Positions 29,301 to 43,281 of a stretch of DNA of 64,000 nucleotides are shown in pieces. Within the stretch, counting starts at the first letter, position 1; every line of letters starts with the position of its first letter. The notes below the pieces were generated by a model, which had not been told where the DNA came from, ran no database searches, and saw only the letters and a program-made list of their open reading frames with translations. Source of the DNA: Chrysomallon squamiferum (Eukaryota > Animalia > Mollusca). Location: NCBI GenBank assembly GCA_012295275.1, contig CM022676.1, forward strand, positions 1,240,001 through 1,304,000, given 5' to 3'. The translations under genes were made by a program, and so were the position numbers.

Positions 29301-32300
29301 TAATATCCTTCCCATGTATAAACAATAAAAGCAGGACTTTCAGGGTGTCGGTTATCAGGGTAAAATCAGTTTTAGTAGCTGAACTGTCAGAAAGAATTAC
29401 TCACACTAGTAAACATAGATAAATAAATGTCCATATCACTCATCACCATCTAATCATGTCTCCATCAGTGAGCAAATCAACAATGCACCTCAGAAGAAGG
29501 TTTTCTAGTCAGAAAGAATTCTCAAAATTTCAATATATATCATTATCTATCATCAAGTTGAGTTTTAAATTTATCAAACCAATGTTTAACACAGATTATA
29601 CATGAGTAATTAATTCATAGCAGTAGATATGTAATCTCTATATGCCCTAAACATATTTTTAAAAAGTGTTTCTTTAAAAACTATTGCACTTAAAGTTTAT
29701 TTATAAAATTTAAAAAAAAATAAAAACAAGAAATAACTAAGTAAATAATCACAATATTAATTATTATTTATTTAAATGACTGAACTAATGCATGTATAAT
29801 GCATAATTCAGATAAAATAAAGGTAACTGAAGAAAACTAAAGGTCACGGGAAGAAAAGCTAAAAAACAAAATCTGAAGTGAATAGCTGAAATTCCAGTTT
29901 TATTCTGATAAATAAGTCACACTTTTTATGTGTTTATGCTTGTCAGACTGGAACTGTCATTACAACTTTTGTCTGTGTGTGTGTCTGCACTCATAAACAC
30001 ACATTTTTCAAAAGCATAAAGACATGGTTTTAAATAAATAGTTGCATATTTATTTGTTAAGCTTCTAAAAACTTTAAATTGATTCTTACATATTTTGTTA
30101 GCCTAAAGGTGACAAATGTAAAATCTCATCTGAACTAGTACTTCCCCCAGGTATTGTCGCATTGATCATAATCAATCAAAGGAAGAACAAAGTTTCTTTT
30201 ATTATCTTTGTTTCTCTTTTTTTTTCTCAAAGCTTCCTTCTGTATAACAACAGTAAATGCCTAAAGCTTTGACATTAACACTAAATTAGTATCTCATATA
30301 AATATTAATTTTCAATTTCTCACAACAGTTAATTTGTTTCAGAAATGTTGACATCAGACATGCAATTTTCATGCAAGTTCACTTAAATCAGAAACAATAA
30401 TTTAATTTAATGTTGTTAATTTTATTTCCATCATTCAGATATTTTTACTTTTTATTTTTTCAATTTGTATTTCTCTCTCTTTTTAATAAAAACCAGTGAA
30501 ATAAAATAAAAACATTTCTTTTTAGCAAAATGTAAATAAAGTCAGTGCATTTCTTATTAAATATATGCAAAGAGAAAAATACAATACTGTTTTTAATATA
30601 TTATTAATTTTGGTATCACATTAATATAAAACTGCAGTAATAACTGAGAAAAAAACATACATACTTAAAAACAGAAAAATGTAAATATCAAAAAAAACAA
30701 AAACAAGGCCAATGTAAATGTAAATCAAATGGACTGTTAAATATAAATTTAAGGATATTGGAAATTAAACTGATTACAAATGGGCATCAATAGTTTTCCT
30801 GAAATCTATTGAAAAGAGCTGAATAATAACCTGCTAAAAGGAAGACGGATTGTGTTTGTTCAGATTATTTAAGTTCTAACTGTTAAACTGACAGCAAAAT
30901 AGATTTGATCAGCTTCGCAAAGTGTAAACTAACACAAACCAATTGCAATGGATTTCTTTTATGTCCTGCTGAAGCGGAAGATTTCAACTGCTCATTTCAT
31001 TTAGCATCAATCTTTTCAGCACAGTGTTAATATGGTGATCTGGATCGGAGACATATTTGCCAGTCATTTCAAAATGATACTGACATGACAAATCAATTTT
31101 ATATCATGATAATGCATATTAATAGTCTTTCACTTTATTCTCCTCATTTTTTTATATATATTTTTTTTATATCCTTGTCAGATTCTTTAGCATTGTTCTA
31201 ATTTACTACCAATAGACTTTAACAAAATGATACATATGTACATAGGTACAGACAGACAGACAGATAAATAAATAATATTTTGCACATAATGTAATTTTTT
31301 GTATCATTTTTAACTTTACATAAATTGTATTTCTATTTAGCATCCATTTATTTCTTTTATTAACACATATACAACCATCTTTATTTATATGTGTGTGTGT
31401 ATATGCATCTGTACATGTATGTATATATATTGTAAAAGTTTATTGTAAATGCAAGGTTGGATTAGATGCAATATAAATAACCAAAGTTATTAATGTTATA
31501 TATATGACCATTTAGTTGTGTGTGTTCTTTATTATAAGCATACATTTTTATAACATTCTTTTGTTAAATATGGAAACATTCAACATAAGTGTCTCAGCAT
31601 TTTCACTAATCAATATCCAAGATATGTTACTATCACAATTTTTATTTTTTTTTAGAAATTTAGACCATAAAGCTGAGTAATTTCACAACAGCATACCCTA
31701 GTCAGGTGTACCCAACCATAAATATATTAAATTATTATCTCTACATCAATAGTTATAGCAACCAAAGGTGAATCTAGAACAAAGTAATAAATGGTCAGGC
31801 ATCACTAAACATAATTTAAACAGTTTAATAGCATTTGTATTATAAGAGTTCGTAACCTACAGCTAAAATTATTATTAAAAAAAAAGAAATGTCTTCACTG
31901 TTTCTTTTATAAGGGCAGTTTCACATGACACATATAAAAAAAACAAAGAAATGTTTTTATCTTTATTTTCCCATCGACAGCTAAAAAGATACAACTTCAT
32001 CAACATCAGACAAGGAAATATGGCTACATGAGAAAAGGCCAACATGAACATCAAGAAAGACTGATCTTGTAGCTAACCATCACTGAAGATATAACAGACC
32101 ATCAGCATACCACCACTAAGATATAGCACAATCCTTTTCAAAGACTAAATTTAAGTAATTCTTTTAGGAAAATTAAATATTTTATAAAATTATCAAAATG
32201 AAAAAAAGAAAATTAATGAAACTGAAAAACGCTATATCATCATGAAAGCTTAAGTTAATTAATTTGCTTACCCTTTCATCTAAAGCAATATCATTAATTT

Positions 32301-35300
32301 TTTTTTTTCTTTCACAATGTCTGTTAATAAAATATAAAAAAAACTGCTTGTGCATAGGCAATACTCAAAGAAGCAAAGAGCGGTTTCAATATTAAAAAAC
32401 AAAATGTCTAATAAAACAGATATGAAACTGAATTCATCCATGAACTGACCATATCACTTATGGATTTCTCTCAAGTTCAGTCATGTGTGAAAGGTTGATG
32501 GCAATGGTGTGGGTCTCAATTGATTTTTATCACTACTCTCAAAATGTCTCTAGGCATGCATGAACAAAAAGAACATAAAATCATAAACAAGAAAAGTCCA
32601 TTTAATTTAAGCATATATAATATGTTTTATTCCATAACAAAATAGCTAATATTAAAGAAAGAAATTGTTTACTGTATTTATTTCATAAATTTTATTACTT
32701 CTAACAACAAGATAGCAGTCAAACACCTCAAAATTACCATTAACAATTTCCACTTTTTTACAGATTTTAAGATGTCCTAATAAAAGGATAAACAGTGTTT
32801 TCACTGAAAGGAAATATAATAAATATTTAATATGATTTGAATTTTCAGTACAGATAATAATTATTTCACCTTTAACAAATATTGTTTACTTCAACAATAA
32901 AAATTAAATAAATGAATAAATATTGAAAAAAGAAGAAGAAAACAGAAACAAAAGAGATGGAAAAAAGGAAAAGAAGACTAATGGAATAAAGAAGACATTA
33001 AATAATAATATTTTAATATTAAAATACTGATCTTATATAAATATTGTGATTAATAAATAATGTGTTTTGGAACACAAACTCACTTTATAGAATTTGAGTG
33101 AAAAAGCAATAAAATTATTTCAACAATTTACTAAACTAATGATTTCTATTGTTTACACTATTTAATGCTACGCATATTTATTACGGAATAATTAAAATGG
33201 GTAAGTACACATTTCTCTATTTTTTTGGCAATACTGCAAATGTACAGTATTATTAAACTTTTCAGTTATTGTCTTACTCTACTTGTAGCAAATATTGCTC
33301 CTAAAATTTGTTTAATAATAATAATAATTTGAAACATTAACTATCCAATATATTTTAATGGTAAAGATTTTGCATGAATATTACATCATAATGCATAAAT
33401 TTACAGTTTTGTTATGAAAGTAGATTACTTTGTGAGCACAATTCTCATTTCAAGACTTCAGTGTGATTCACAATTACTAGAATTAGACAATGGAATAATT
33501 TTACTTGTAAACAGAAGAGATTCAATCAAGCAGCCATTCAAATAGCATGTCACTCTTCTGACAGAAAACATGGCTGCCATCACAAATCAATGCACCAAAT
33601 TGCTCTTCATTTAAAAACTGCTTCATTATCACTCAACAGATTTGATCTAAATGCCAGCCTCTTTATTAGGAAATTATTATTTTGTCATAGTGAGATGTGA
33701 ATTAAAGGAGCTAAAAGCAAAACATTTTGGCAAGATCAATTTTTGTATGGCTTAGTGCCAGATTTTCACAAGATTATTAGCTGTAATTGTATATGTATAT
33801 AAATACAACAATTAAATCTATAAACTACTTATTCTAATATTCAAATAAAAACTTTTAGCTTTATTTTATTTTCTCTATATACATTTTTCAATTTTTATTA
33901 TATATATATAAATATATTTTTTATTATTATTATTATTATTTTGTTTTTTGGGTATATATATATATATATATAAAGAATGAATTATTTTGACTGCAGACTA
34001 TCAGTTATTATGATAATAATCTTTTTTCTTATAATTAAGATTGTTTTATGAGTTTCTGTCAAGTTGATAAAAACTTAAAACATCATCAAATGAAATTTTG
34101 AACTTTTAAATACTTATCACACTGAAGTGTGTAATTCTCTAAATTTATGAACAATAAATGAAAAAATAATAAATAAATAAAAGAAGAAAAAATTCATTCT
34201 CTTCAAAATGTAACAGCTTTAGTGTTTTTCACACATTTTATCTCATTCTGTAAAACTTTCTCATAAATGTTGAATTTATGCTGAGAAAACAATGGGACAG
34301 GTATTTCTTGTTTCCTTGGCAACTTGTTTCAGCATACCTGCCCCTTGAGCAGGAAATTGACAATGTCATGGGTGTTTGCTGTGTTCATGTTAAAACAATA
34401 AGGGATAATAGTCTAAACCTTTTGTGTAAATGTTGGCCTTTGACTTGATACTGTTCTCTACAATTCCTAGTCAACTGCTGGTAATCCTGCCCTGTTGTAG
34501 CAGTTAACACAGCCCCTCAAAGATTTGCTTTTAAGATTTGAGCTTGTTAATGAGAATTTTCTTTACTGTTGGCCTGGAAAACTTTTAATTTATGTATTTA
34601 TATTATCTATCGATCTGTCTGTTTAACTGTCAGTCATTTTACTTGTTTATTTATTTATTTATTTATTTTTAACTGGACCAAGAAAATAGTTTCATATTTA
34701 ATCATAAAATGTTATCTGAAATTAAAAAAAATATAATTAGTAACAATTAAAATTTTAAGTCTCTTTTGATACTTAAAAAAAATCAATTATAATTTCTATG
34801 TAACATTAATACTGACCCTCAAAACTGTTGATTAAAAAGAAGAACAAAATGAAACACACACTAACCAAGCTGTACTTGCTATAGAAAGAATGCAAAAACA
34901 TATTTTTAGATTTACTTAACTGTTCAAAAAGTCACGGAGTGATGTTAAATTTCTTTAGTTCAGGAATGTTGTAATTGAATAAATGCTGTGAGTATGCATA
35001 CAAACCTCTTCTTATAACAAGTAAATACTGTGAGAACTGTATTTTCATTTTAATTTCCCATCTGCTGTACAAATTTAATTTTAAACTATTCCTTATTAAT
35101 TCAAGATGATTACTTAAAAAAGTCATCTCATTATTGAAAAATCTGTAATATGTAAAATCAGATTTTTTTATATATACATATAATACAGATAACACAGTTT
35201 AAAAAAAAAACAGCTGTTTGAACCATTTTATTTGTTCAAAATAATGTTAGTTTAGTATGCTTAAAAAACTCACTAAAAACCCATTAAATTTACATATGCA

Positions 35301-36511
35301 ACAATTTTTTGTTTTTAGTTTGTTTTTTAAATCATAATGTATTTTGAAATTAGCAACAAATAAACATTATTTTTTGACCCAGTTTCATTTGAACAGATTT
35401 GAAACCGATTATTTCTGGAGACAAACAATTTTTGAATGACAGCATGTTGTCAAAGGAACATAATATTTTCCACCCTGTATTTACTCAACATCAAGAGACA
35501 TTTCAATGCACAGTGAAAAGGCACTGAAGCATATCTATTCAATTTCATGAATGCCTATTTTTTCAAAAGGAATTCACATAAAGGAAATCTGGTTATCACT
35601 GGTATATAACTCCATGTATATAGAAGCTAAATTGTTGACAGTTTATATGTACAAACAACTTATAACTAATAATAATTTATAATATGGAATAGATACAATT
35701 AGAAACTATTTTTTCTTTTACTGAAAAAAAAACATCTTCTTACACAACAGACACATAACATTTACTGAAAAGGCAGACCTTTAAGAATAATTTATGAAAC
35801 TAATAAATTGTGATGTACATTTACATTTTAAAATTTTTAGCAAGAATAAAAGAATATTCAGTGTGCATTTAAAACATTTTAAAAGACAATATCTATTAGT
35901 TTTGAGATCAGAGGCAAAGTCTGTTTTGTAACTTAAATGTTTCTCCAGATCATATAATTTTATTTCTATATGTATAAATGTGATGATCAAAACAAATGAA
36001 AAAGAAATCGTATGAAAAATATAAAATCAAAATTAAGCTAAAACAGATTAAAACGTCTAATCATTTTAATAAAATGAAATATTTAAATATATAAACTAAA
36101 ATATACTGTGACATAGTGACATATTTAAAATCAATTCACTGTTCAGACGTTCACGTCTATTTAGTTTTTTCATTTCATCTGATAGTTTGTGAGAACAAAA
36201 AATATTATTTAGAAAATTATTTACTGTTTTGGTTATTTATTTGTTTTATGTAATAGGGTATTTTTAAATAGATAATTTAAAAACAAATACAGTTTGACAT
36301 TTCAAGACTTTTCGCACTTGTCTTGAATTTGTAAATATGATTTTGAAGAAAAATGATATTATTATAAAAATTAAATAATTTACCCGAATTTATTTGATCA
36401 GAAAGCCTCTATATAATGTATTATCATCGTATGCCAATGAGAAAATAAGTTCATGCACCGTTAACCTTGTCCCAAGCTTTCGCTTAGGCTAAACGCAACA
36501 AACTTTCTTAC

Positions 36512-36760
36512 CTGCAAGAGGAAAAAACAACTTGAGTCAAAGAAATTTCTTTCACAATGCTTTATGGCTGTCAGTGCATGTAAATCCTTTTCGTAATAAA
36601 ACTGTTTTACATAGTGTTATTTTTCAATTAGCAAATAATTTTATGAGAGATGAAGACAGAACGAACTAACTGCTTCTTTTCCTCCACTCAGCGAACTCTA
36701 GCAGAAGACAAGTTTACTCGCGTTGGACAACGTTTAAGTGAGTAATCTATAAATAGCACA
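36512..36760 (-). promoter_or_regulatory. Candidate second promoter / non-coding first exon, or recursive splice site, of the minus-strand gene
   Basis: Minus strand reads ttgttttttcctcttgcag|gtaaga at 36512/36511; CTATAAATAG (MEF2 consensus, TATA-like on minus) at 36747..36756; close to the edge of the CpG-depleted domain. Confidence 0.5.
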
Positions 36761-38593
36761 AAAGTATTTCCTAAAAACAATTTCCGTTTAGAGTAGTGAT
36801 CTTTAGCTTGTCGTCTGTTGACTAAATGATATATATTGTATTAAAACTCTGAGATCATTTTAAAACAACAATAACTGCATACTTAGCCATAACTATGTGT
36901 AGACATGACGTCGAAGCTGCAACCGAAAAGTATTATTAGAATTGTCCGTCTGGAAATCTTAAGGCATTTTTATATTCCAGGATAGTTTTTAATACGCGTT
37001 TGAATAAATTTACTGTTCTTAATGAACAGTGTACTAGATTTTGTTGTTATTGTTGTTGTTATTATTGTTATTATTATTACTATATATATATACATACAAA
37101 CATACACATATATGTATTAATTATGTTTTTCATCTATGCATGCCTAAACTTTTTGTCATTGATCTACCAACTGTGGTAGCAAAATCCACCATGAGAATGG
37201 TAAAGAGCATACATACTTAAATATAAGTAATTTAAAATAATGAAAATTGATTTTAATCAAGAAAACGACGTATCCTGTATAGTGAATACCAATAATAATT
37301 ATGCATGTGGTTTAGCAAGAATGTGGCTGATATTTAGATAACCAAACAAACTGCTAACCGTTAGCCCGATTAGCCGAAAGAGACCTTTTGAATGCACCAT
37401 CCAGGACAGGACTGCCTAGTCAGGACAGTACGTTCTATGATATTTGTTATAGTAGTTGTGGAACTTTAGTTTTTACATGTATAAACAAAGTTAACTGTCA
37501 CCTGTGTAATATATATATATATTTGTTTGTTTTCTCAACAGTCATTGATTACACTCCTTTTTAAACAACTTTAAACTTATGATAAGTTCCTGTCCGCATG
37601 TTTTGCGCATGGTTTTTATTTTATTTTATTTTATATTATTTTATTTTATTTTAAATTATCAATTTATATTTTTTATTATTATTATTATTTAATTTGAAAT
37701 TAGTACTGGAGTTTTTAAGTTGTTTAAAAATTCTGGAAAATAAATCCGTTAGCAGTCCTTAACCAAAATGTCCACAGATGCTTTGACAGACTTTGGCGCC
37801 GAAACAATTTCAGACATGTTTTCTCCTGAATGCGTCAAAGGAGTGGCGTTCGATTTAAATGATAGGAAAAATTAACCACGGCACTGCCAATAAGCCACGT
37901 CATCAGTGAGACAAAATTATATCAGGTGTTACTAAAACAAGACTGGATTTAAAGTCTGGGACAGGATTTAGTTCCTTTCAATGTTGTGTTTTGACGTGCT
38001 ATTTCTATCACAGATTTAATAACTGAACCAAATGAAGTATATTACCTTGCTGAATTTATTCGATGTTGTACATATAAAAAAGTTTATTTACTAGTTTCAA
38101 AACGATACAGTGCATGTTTTGGTGCTTTACGCTTACATGTATTTAGCGGTAACCGAACAGTCGCAGTGAGGGGTGGAGGTTCCATTATATCTATTAATAG
38201 AAACGAGCAAGCCGGATGATATTGTCTACGTAATCTTATTTCGTTAAAATAAAAAGCCGAAGGTTTGGAACAACCAACAACGTGACTGAAGGATATTTTT
38301 AGCAGTGAAATTTAATATAACTGCTGGATGGGAAAATACGTAATCAGTTGACGAATTCCGATAGGCACGAAGAAACGGCGCATGAGATTTTTTAGTGATA
38401 GATAATCAATTATCCCCACACAACCCCATAAACTTTTTAAATCTGCACTTTAATAAATAAATAAATAAATGCATATATTTATTAATTTTGACGGCGCACA
38501 TCATTGTAATTTTTCTTTATTATTTATTTGTGAATTACACTGTACTACATAATTTCAGGTCTAAAATTAATTATGACTTATAATCATTTATTC

Positions 38594-38595
<2 letters not shown>

Positions 38596-38667
<72 letters not shown>
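38596..38667. repeat. (GA)n microsatellite
   Basis: Direct reading. Confidence 0.97.
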
Positions 38668-38670
<3 letters not shown>

Positions 38671-38880
38671 TCTGTTTGTTGTTTTGAGGCACTAATCAAG
38701 TAAACTATCAAGCCGAATTTTCTGGAAGTGAAGGCACCAGAATGTCTGTAACAGTAGCCATAAACATCTACTTAGAATAGAGTGATGTTTTTTACCTGTG
38801 ATGCATGATGAAGACTACAAATTGAAAACAGTAATAATAACAAAACATCAAAAAATTCTAAAAATAAAACAATAAATAGC

Positions 38881-38929
38881 TAGACAGATAGACAGACAGA
38901 CAGATAGATAGATTGATAGATAGATAGAC

Positions 38930-39010
<81 letters not shown>

Positions 39011-39019
39011 GATAGATAG
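38881..39019. repeat. (GACA)/(GATA)n microsatellite
   Basis: Direct reading. Confidence 0.97.
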
Positions 39020-39982
39020 TTTGCTAGTTAATTAGTGAGGCTAGTTAAAACAATTAACACAATGGTGCCACTGTTCTATCAAAATTTCAATACTGAATCA
39101 AATGAAGTTGGTGCATTATGTCCAGAAGTTACAAATGCATACAGCGCATAGTTGTAACAGAACATCAGATAGTCATGAAAGACTGAGTAACTTGTACATG
39201 CACGAATACAAAAAATAGATAGAAAATTATAATGTGCTTCACAGTAGCTTCTTGTGATTAGCACGTTAACATTCCATTCATTCTAGTTTTATATTTAAAT
39301 AAGTGATAGATATATTTGCAGCAGACATAGCAAGAATGATTTATTTAATGCGAATGTGATGCTAGCAGGCAACTGACATAAAGTAGATGTGGTGTAGTTT
39401 AATTTAAATCAGCTAACTCTAGTATGAAATCAATTTTAAATTACGAGAATTGATTTATAACTGTTCTACAACACTGTTTTACTACTTTTTTTTTTTTCTT
39501 AGTATGATAAACACAAATTTAAACGATGATATTAGTACTAGCAGATTATAAAAGAACTCTTCTGAATAGGTCAACGGTATCTATGGTTATTTCCCTTTAT
39601 AAAACAAAAAAACAACAACAGATAAATAAATGAAACTAATTTTACAGTCAGTATTAGCATATAATAATACGATTATGAAGAGGAGGTACTTAATCAGTGA
39701 GTGCATATTTCTGAAGAAAGGTGAGATTTATTGGTTCCATTTGAACAAAAAATAATTTTCATTTAATTAAAGTGAATTCTAGGTATTCGCGTATATCTGT
39801 GTTTTCTTTTATGTATGGGTGTATGTCTGGTGCATGTATATGCTTTGTGACACTCATTAAAGGTGGAAGAGATCAAATTAAATACAAATTTGGCTTAATT
39901 CTGTTCTTGAGAAAAAAGGGGGATTTTAAATAGTAACAATAAAAATAATTTCACCGGATTTTTTACCACTCTGTGTACTTAC

Positions 39983-40095
39983 CTAGTTTGCATCTTCATT
40001 CATAATGTTCGGGCACCGTCTTTTCCTATCACTGAATATATAATCGTCCATTAGCCGTGTAGAAAACGTCATTTCCTATGATATAGATGACGTCA
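39983..40095 (-). promoter_or_regulatory. Candidate distal promoter and first exon of a minus-strand gene
   Basis: Strong minus-strand donor TAG|gtaagt (exon ends 39983); Inr-like TCAGT at 40035..40031; palindromic CRE TGACGTCA 40088..40095; CpG-rich. Confidence 0.5.
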
Positions 40096-42173
40096 TGTTT
40101 TGACAATCGAATAGCTACGCTAGCAGTCTATTTTAGCAAAAGCGATAGCGACGTATGATTATAAGTCTTATAAACAAAGTAACTAATTACTTTCACTCAG
40201 ACGATTTATAATGTAGATAAATAGCAAATTCATTGTTTAATATCCATTTGAAGTGAAGCGGTATGGCCAATCCTTGAAAAATAACCCTTCAGGAACGACA
40301 ACTCTATATGGTCGTCTGCGGACATAAATACTAAAATAATAGAAAAAGGCCCTATTCACGAACGGTAACTCTTACTCAGGCATGATCTCACGTTCATATA
40401 TCAACTGAAATAGTCAAAAAATATATTTAATTCAGTAACTCTGCCGTTATTAACATCTTTATAAAGAAAACACTTTACTGAATAGGCATCCAAATTTGTT
40501 AAAGTATCTCTTGAAAAAAGGTTTCTGTGACTTTAGTTCACTTTAAAAAATGAAAAAAAAATTATTTAAAAAACATACATTTGGAATATGGATTTTTGAC
40601 AAATTTGAAATATCTTAGATATCTTCAAACTTTTTAATTTCTTTATTTTTTATTTTTATTTATTTATTTTATTTTATTTTTTTTTTTTCATCTAGAACTG
40701 TATGCCTTTTGATTCATATAAAACATATCTTTCTTTGACAAAATAAATTTATTTTTAAAAATTTCAAAATGCGTTGGATTCCTATTTAATGTGAGAAAAA
40801 AAGAAACAAACGTAGCAGACGATATTTATTATACCTTCTTAAGGCAAAGACACACTGAGCAGTTGATCTGGAGCCTCCACGAGTTACTGGCCCCTGCAAC
40901 CATGGACCGAGAATTGCTGTTATAACTGGTAATAGTATGCTGATCTAGTAATAATATTATATCAAATTAGAGAGCGATGTAAAGTTCCATACACTTATTC
41001 AGTTGCAGGTCAAAGTCGAAAATAAAAAAAGAAAAAAAAAAAAAAAAAAAAAAAAAAACTGAAGGCAACGTTGTACTCTAGACTAGATTTTAAATTACAG
41101 ATTTGTCTATCTATTTATTTATTTATTTACTTACTGAACAATATCTCTTGAAAGGCTTTGTACAGTGGATCATTGTTCTTTTCACCTAATCGGTAACAAT
41201 AATTTAAAAAAATCAACAGTGATAATAACGGTACCTTTATAGAATGATGTGGGCGAGTTGTGTCAGTTGCGGAATTAATTAATTGATTTATTATTATTAT
41301 TATTATTATTATTTTAGCAGTATCGTAGCCGCAGATATAGTATAGTCATACTAGTAGAAGAAGAAGAAGAAGTAACTTGTAGCACTACTAATAGTAGTAT
41401 TACAATTAATATTAACATTTACTATTAGTATCATTGTCGGTATTAATATTTGTATTTGTATTATTTTTATTATATATCATAACACACTTAATACAGTATT
41501 AGTATCGCCTCTGTTAAAACTACTAGTATTAATATTACTTTCTCCTTCTGTTCTGAAATAAATAAAAATAAAAAGATCACCAGAAAAACATTAATTAATT
41601 AATTAATTAACAATAACTCTGTTCCTAATTATTTAGAAGCTAATCTCTAAGTCACCAAAACGGAAGATTTGTAAGAAGATTTACTTTCTGGAGCCAACGA
41701 AATATCAACTTGGAGGAGAGACACAAAATTCTGATACATAATAAAACAGTGTTATACAATGGTCTATTTAATATCACCTTGATATATTTAATTATAAAAA
41801 AAATAAATCTTTTTTTTAAAAATTATTACCAGATAAAAGAGTTTATTTTATATTACATTTTCTCGATAACAACACAAAACCTTATAGTTCCAACATTTAT
41901 TACCGAATACCTGCACTTTGTTACTGCTACATATGCTGCTTACTGAACACAGTAATTTTATGTGTACTTTTCTTAGTAGGCTCATTCTCGTAGCAAGATC
42001 GTTTGCTCATCATCTGAACAATGGTTAGTAAATTAAACATTGCTTCTTATATAGTTCAATTAAACTTTTAAACAGTTCCTTAGCTAGCTTATTCTCCTGC
42101 ATGAATCTTTACTCGGCAACTTTACTGTGACTAATGAATCCAAGTTCATCATATGTACAGTTCATATAGTGTT

Positions 42174-42272
42174 TCTATCAATCTATCTATCAATCTATCT
42201 GATTATCTCTCCCTCTATCAACCTATCTATCTATCTATCTATCTATTATTTATCAGTCCCTCTGTCCATCCA

Positions 42273-42303
<31 letters not shown>

Positions 42304-42350
42304 GTATGTATGTATGTATATATGTATGTATGTATGTCTATCTATCTAGC
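42174..42350. repeat. Compound (TCTA)/(TCTG)/(TATG) microsatellite
   Basis: Direct reading; explains supplied ORFs at 42127 and 42153. Confidence 0.92.
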
Positions 42351-42587
42351 TATTTTTAGCAGTTCTATCTAGCTGTCTCCCGATATATGTCTGTCTACAT
42401 TTACGAAATTACTGACATATCTTCTGGGGTCATATTTCGGAACAGAACAGAATTCCTCTTAAGTCTGGAAGTATAGCTCCGAGATCACAACTCTTGGTGT
42501 TAACGTCCATATATTAGTATTATTACTTACTTACTTACTTACTCTAGACATTTTCTATGTTGTGTTGCATGATTCTTCCTAAGGTAA

Positions 42588-42867
42588 CAGGGTTGGATGT
42601 AATGTGCTTGCCGCCCATAGGCTAAAGAAATTTTATCGCCCCCTCCTCAAGGCTCAAGTCCCCCTCACCCTTCCCACTTAGTTTATATAATATGAATGGT
42701 TATAACTTATGATCTAGTTGAAAGCAAAAACATGGTTTTACATTTACATAATGTTTTGTTTATAAATCAAATGTGAAAATACGAATTTATGTAATATAAA
42801 CTGCCCCTGTCATCCTGCCGGCCTAGGCACACTAGCCTAGAACGCCTATATGGGAAATCCGGCCCTA
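42588..42867. mobile_element. hAT-like MITE, ~280 bp
   Basis: Decayed TIRs CAGGGTTGGATGT / AAATCCGGCCCTA (consensus CAGGGCCGGATTT); 8-bp flanks TAAGGTAA vs TGTGGTAA (6/8) consistent with an old 8-bp TSD; GC-rich subtermini. Confidence 0.72.
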
Positions 42868-43147
42868 TGTGGTAAGACAGCAAATCTGTGGCATGCATGA
42901 AATGAGCCTGTAAGTCTGAGAGTCTATGGCGCGGAGTGGAAAGTCGCGAGTCCTGTCACGTGTAGGTAACGTGCATGTAATAGAATTTAGAAAAGTTTAG
43001 AACACAGGTTTCTTTTTAGTTTTACAGGTCGCAAAATCTGCAATCAGAGAGATTTACACTGTGTGACTGTACATTGGCTATCTGTGTATCCTGAAGGAAG
43101 TAATATTATTTTATTTAATAAATTATTTTAAGTGTATTTGACATTTC

Positions 43148-43149
<2 letters not shown>

Positions 43150-43210
<61 letters not shown>

Positions 43211-43247
43211 TATGCTTCTGTTTTGACTGTTTATCTATTTCTCACCC

Positions 43248-43281
<34 letters not shown>

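Noticed and set aside
1-36000. snoRNA/miRNA host-gene or tandem ncRNA-array explanation for the periodic islands
   Set aside because: No shared C/D or H/ACA boxes, terminal stems or common motif found across islands by eye; only one convincing hairpin (3064).
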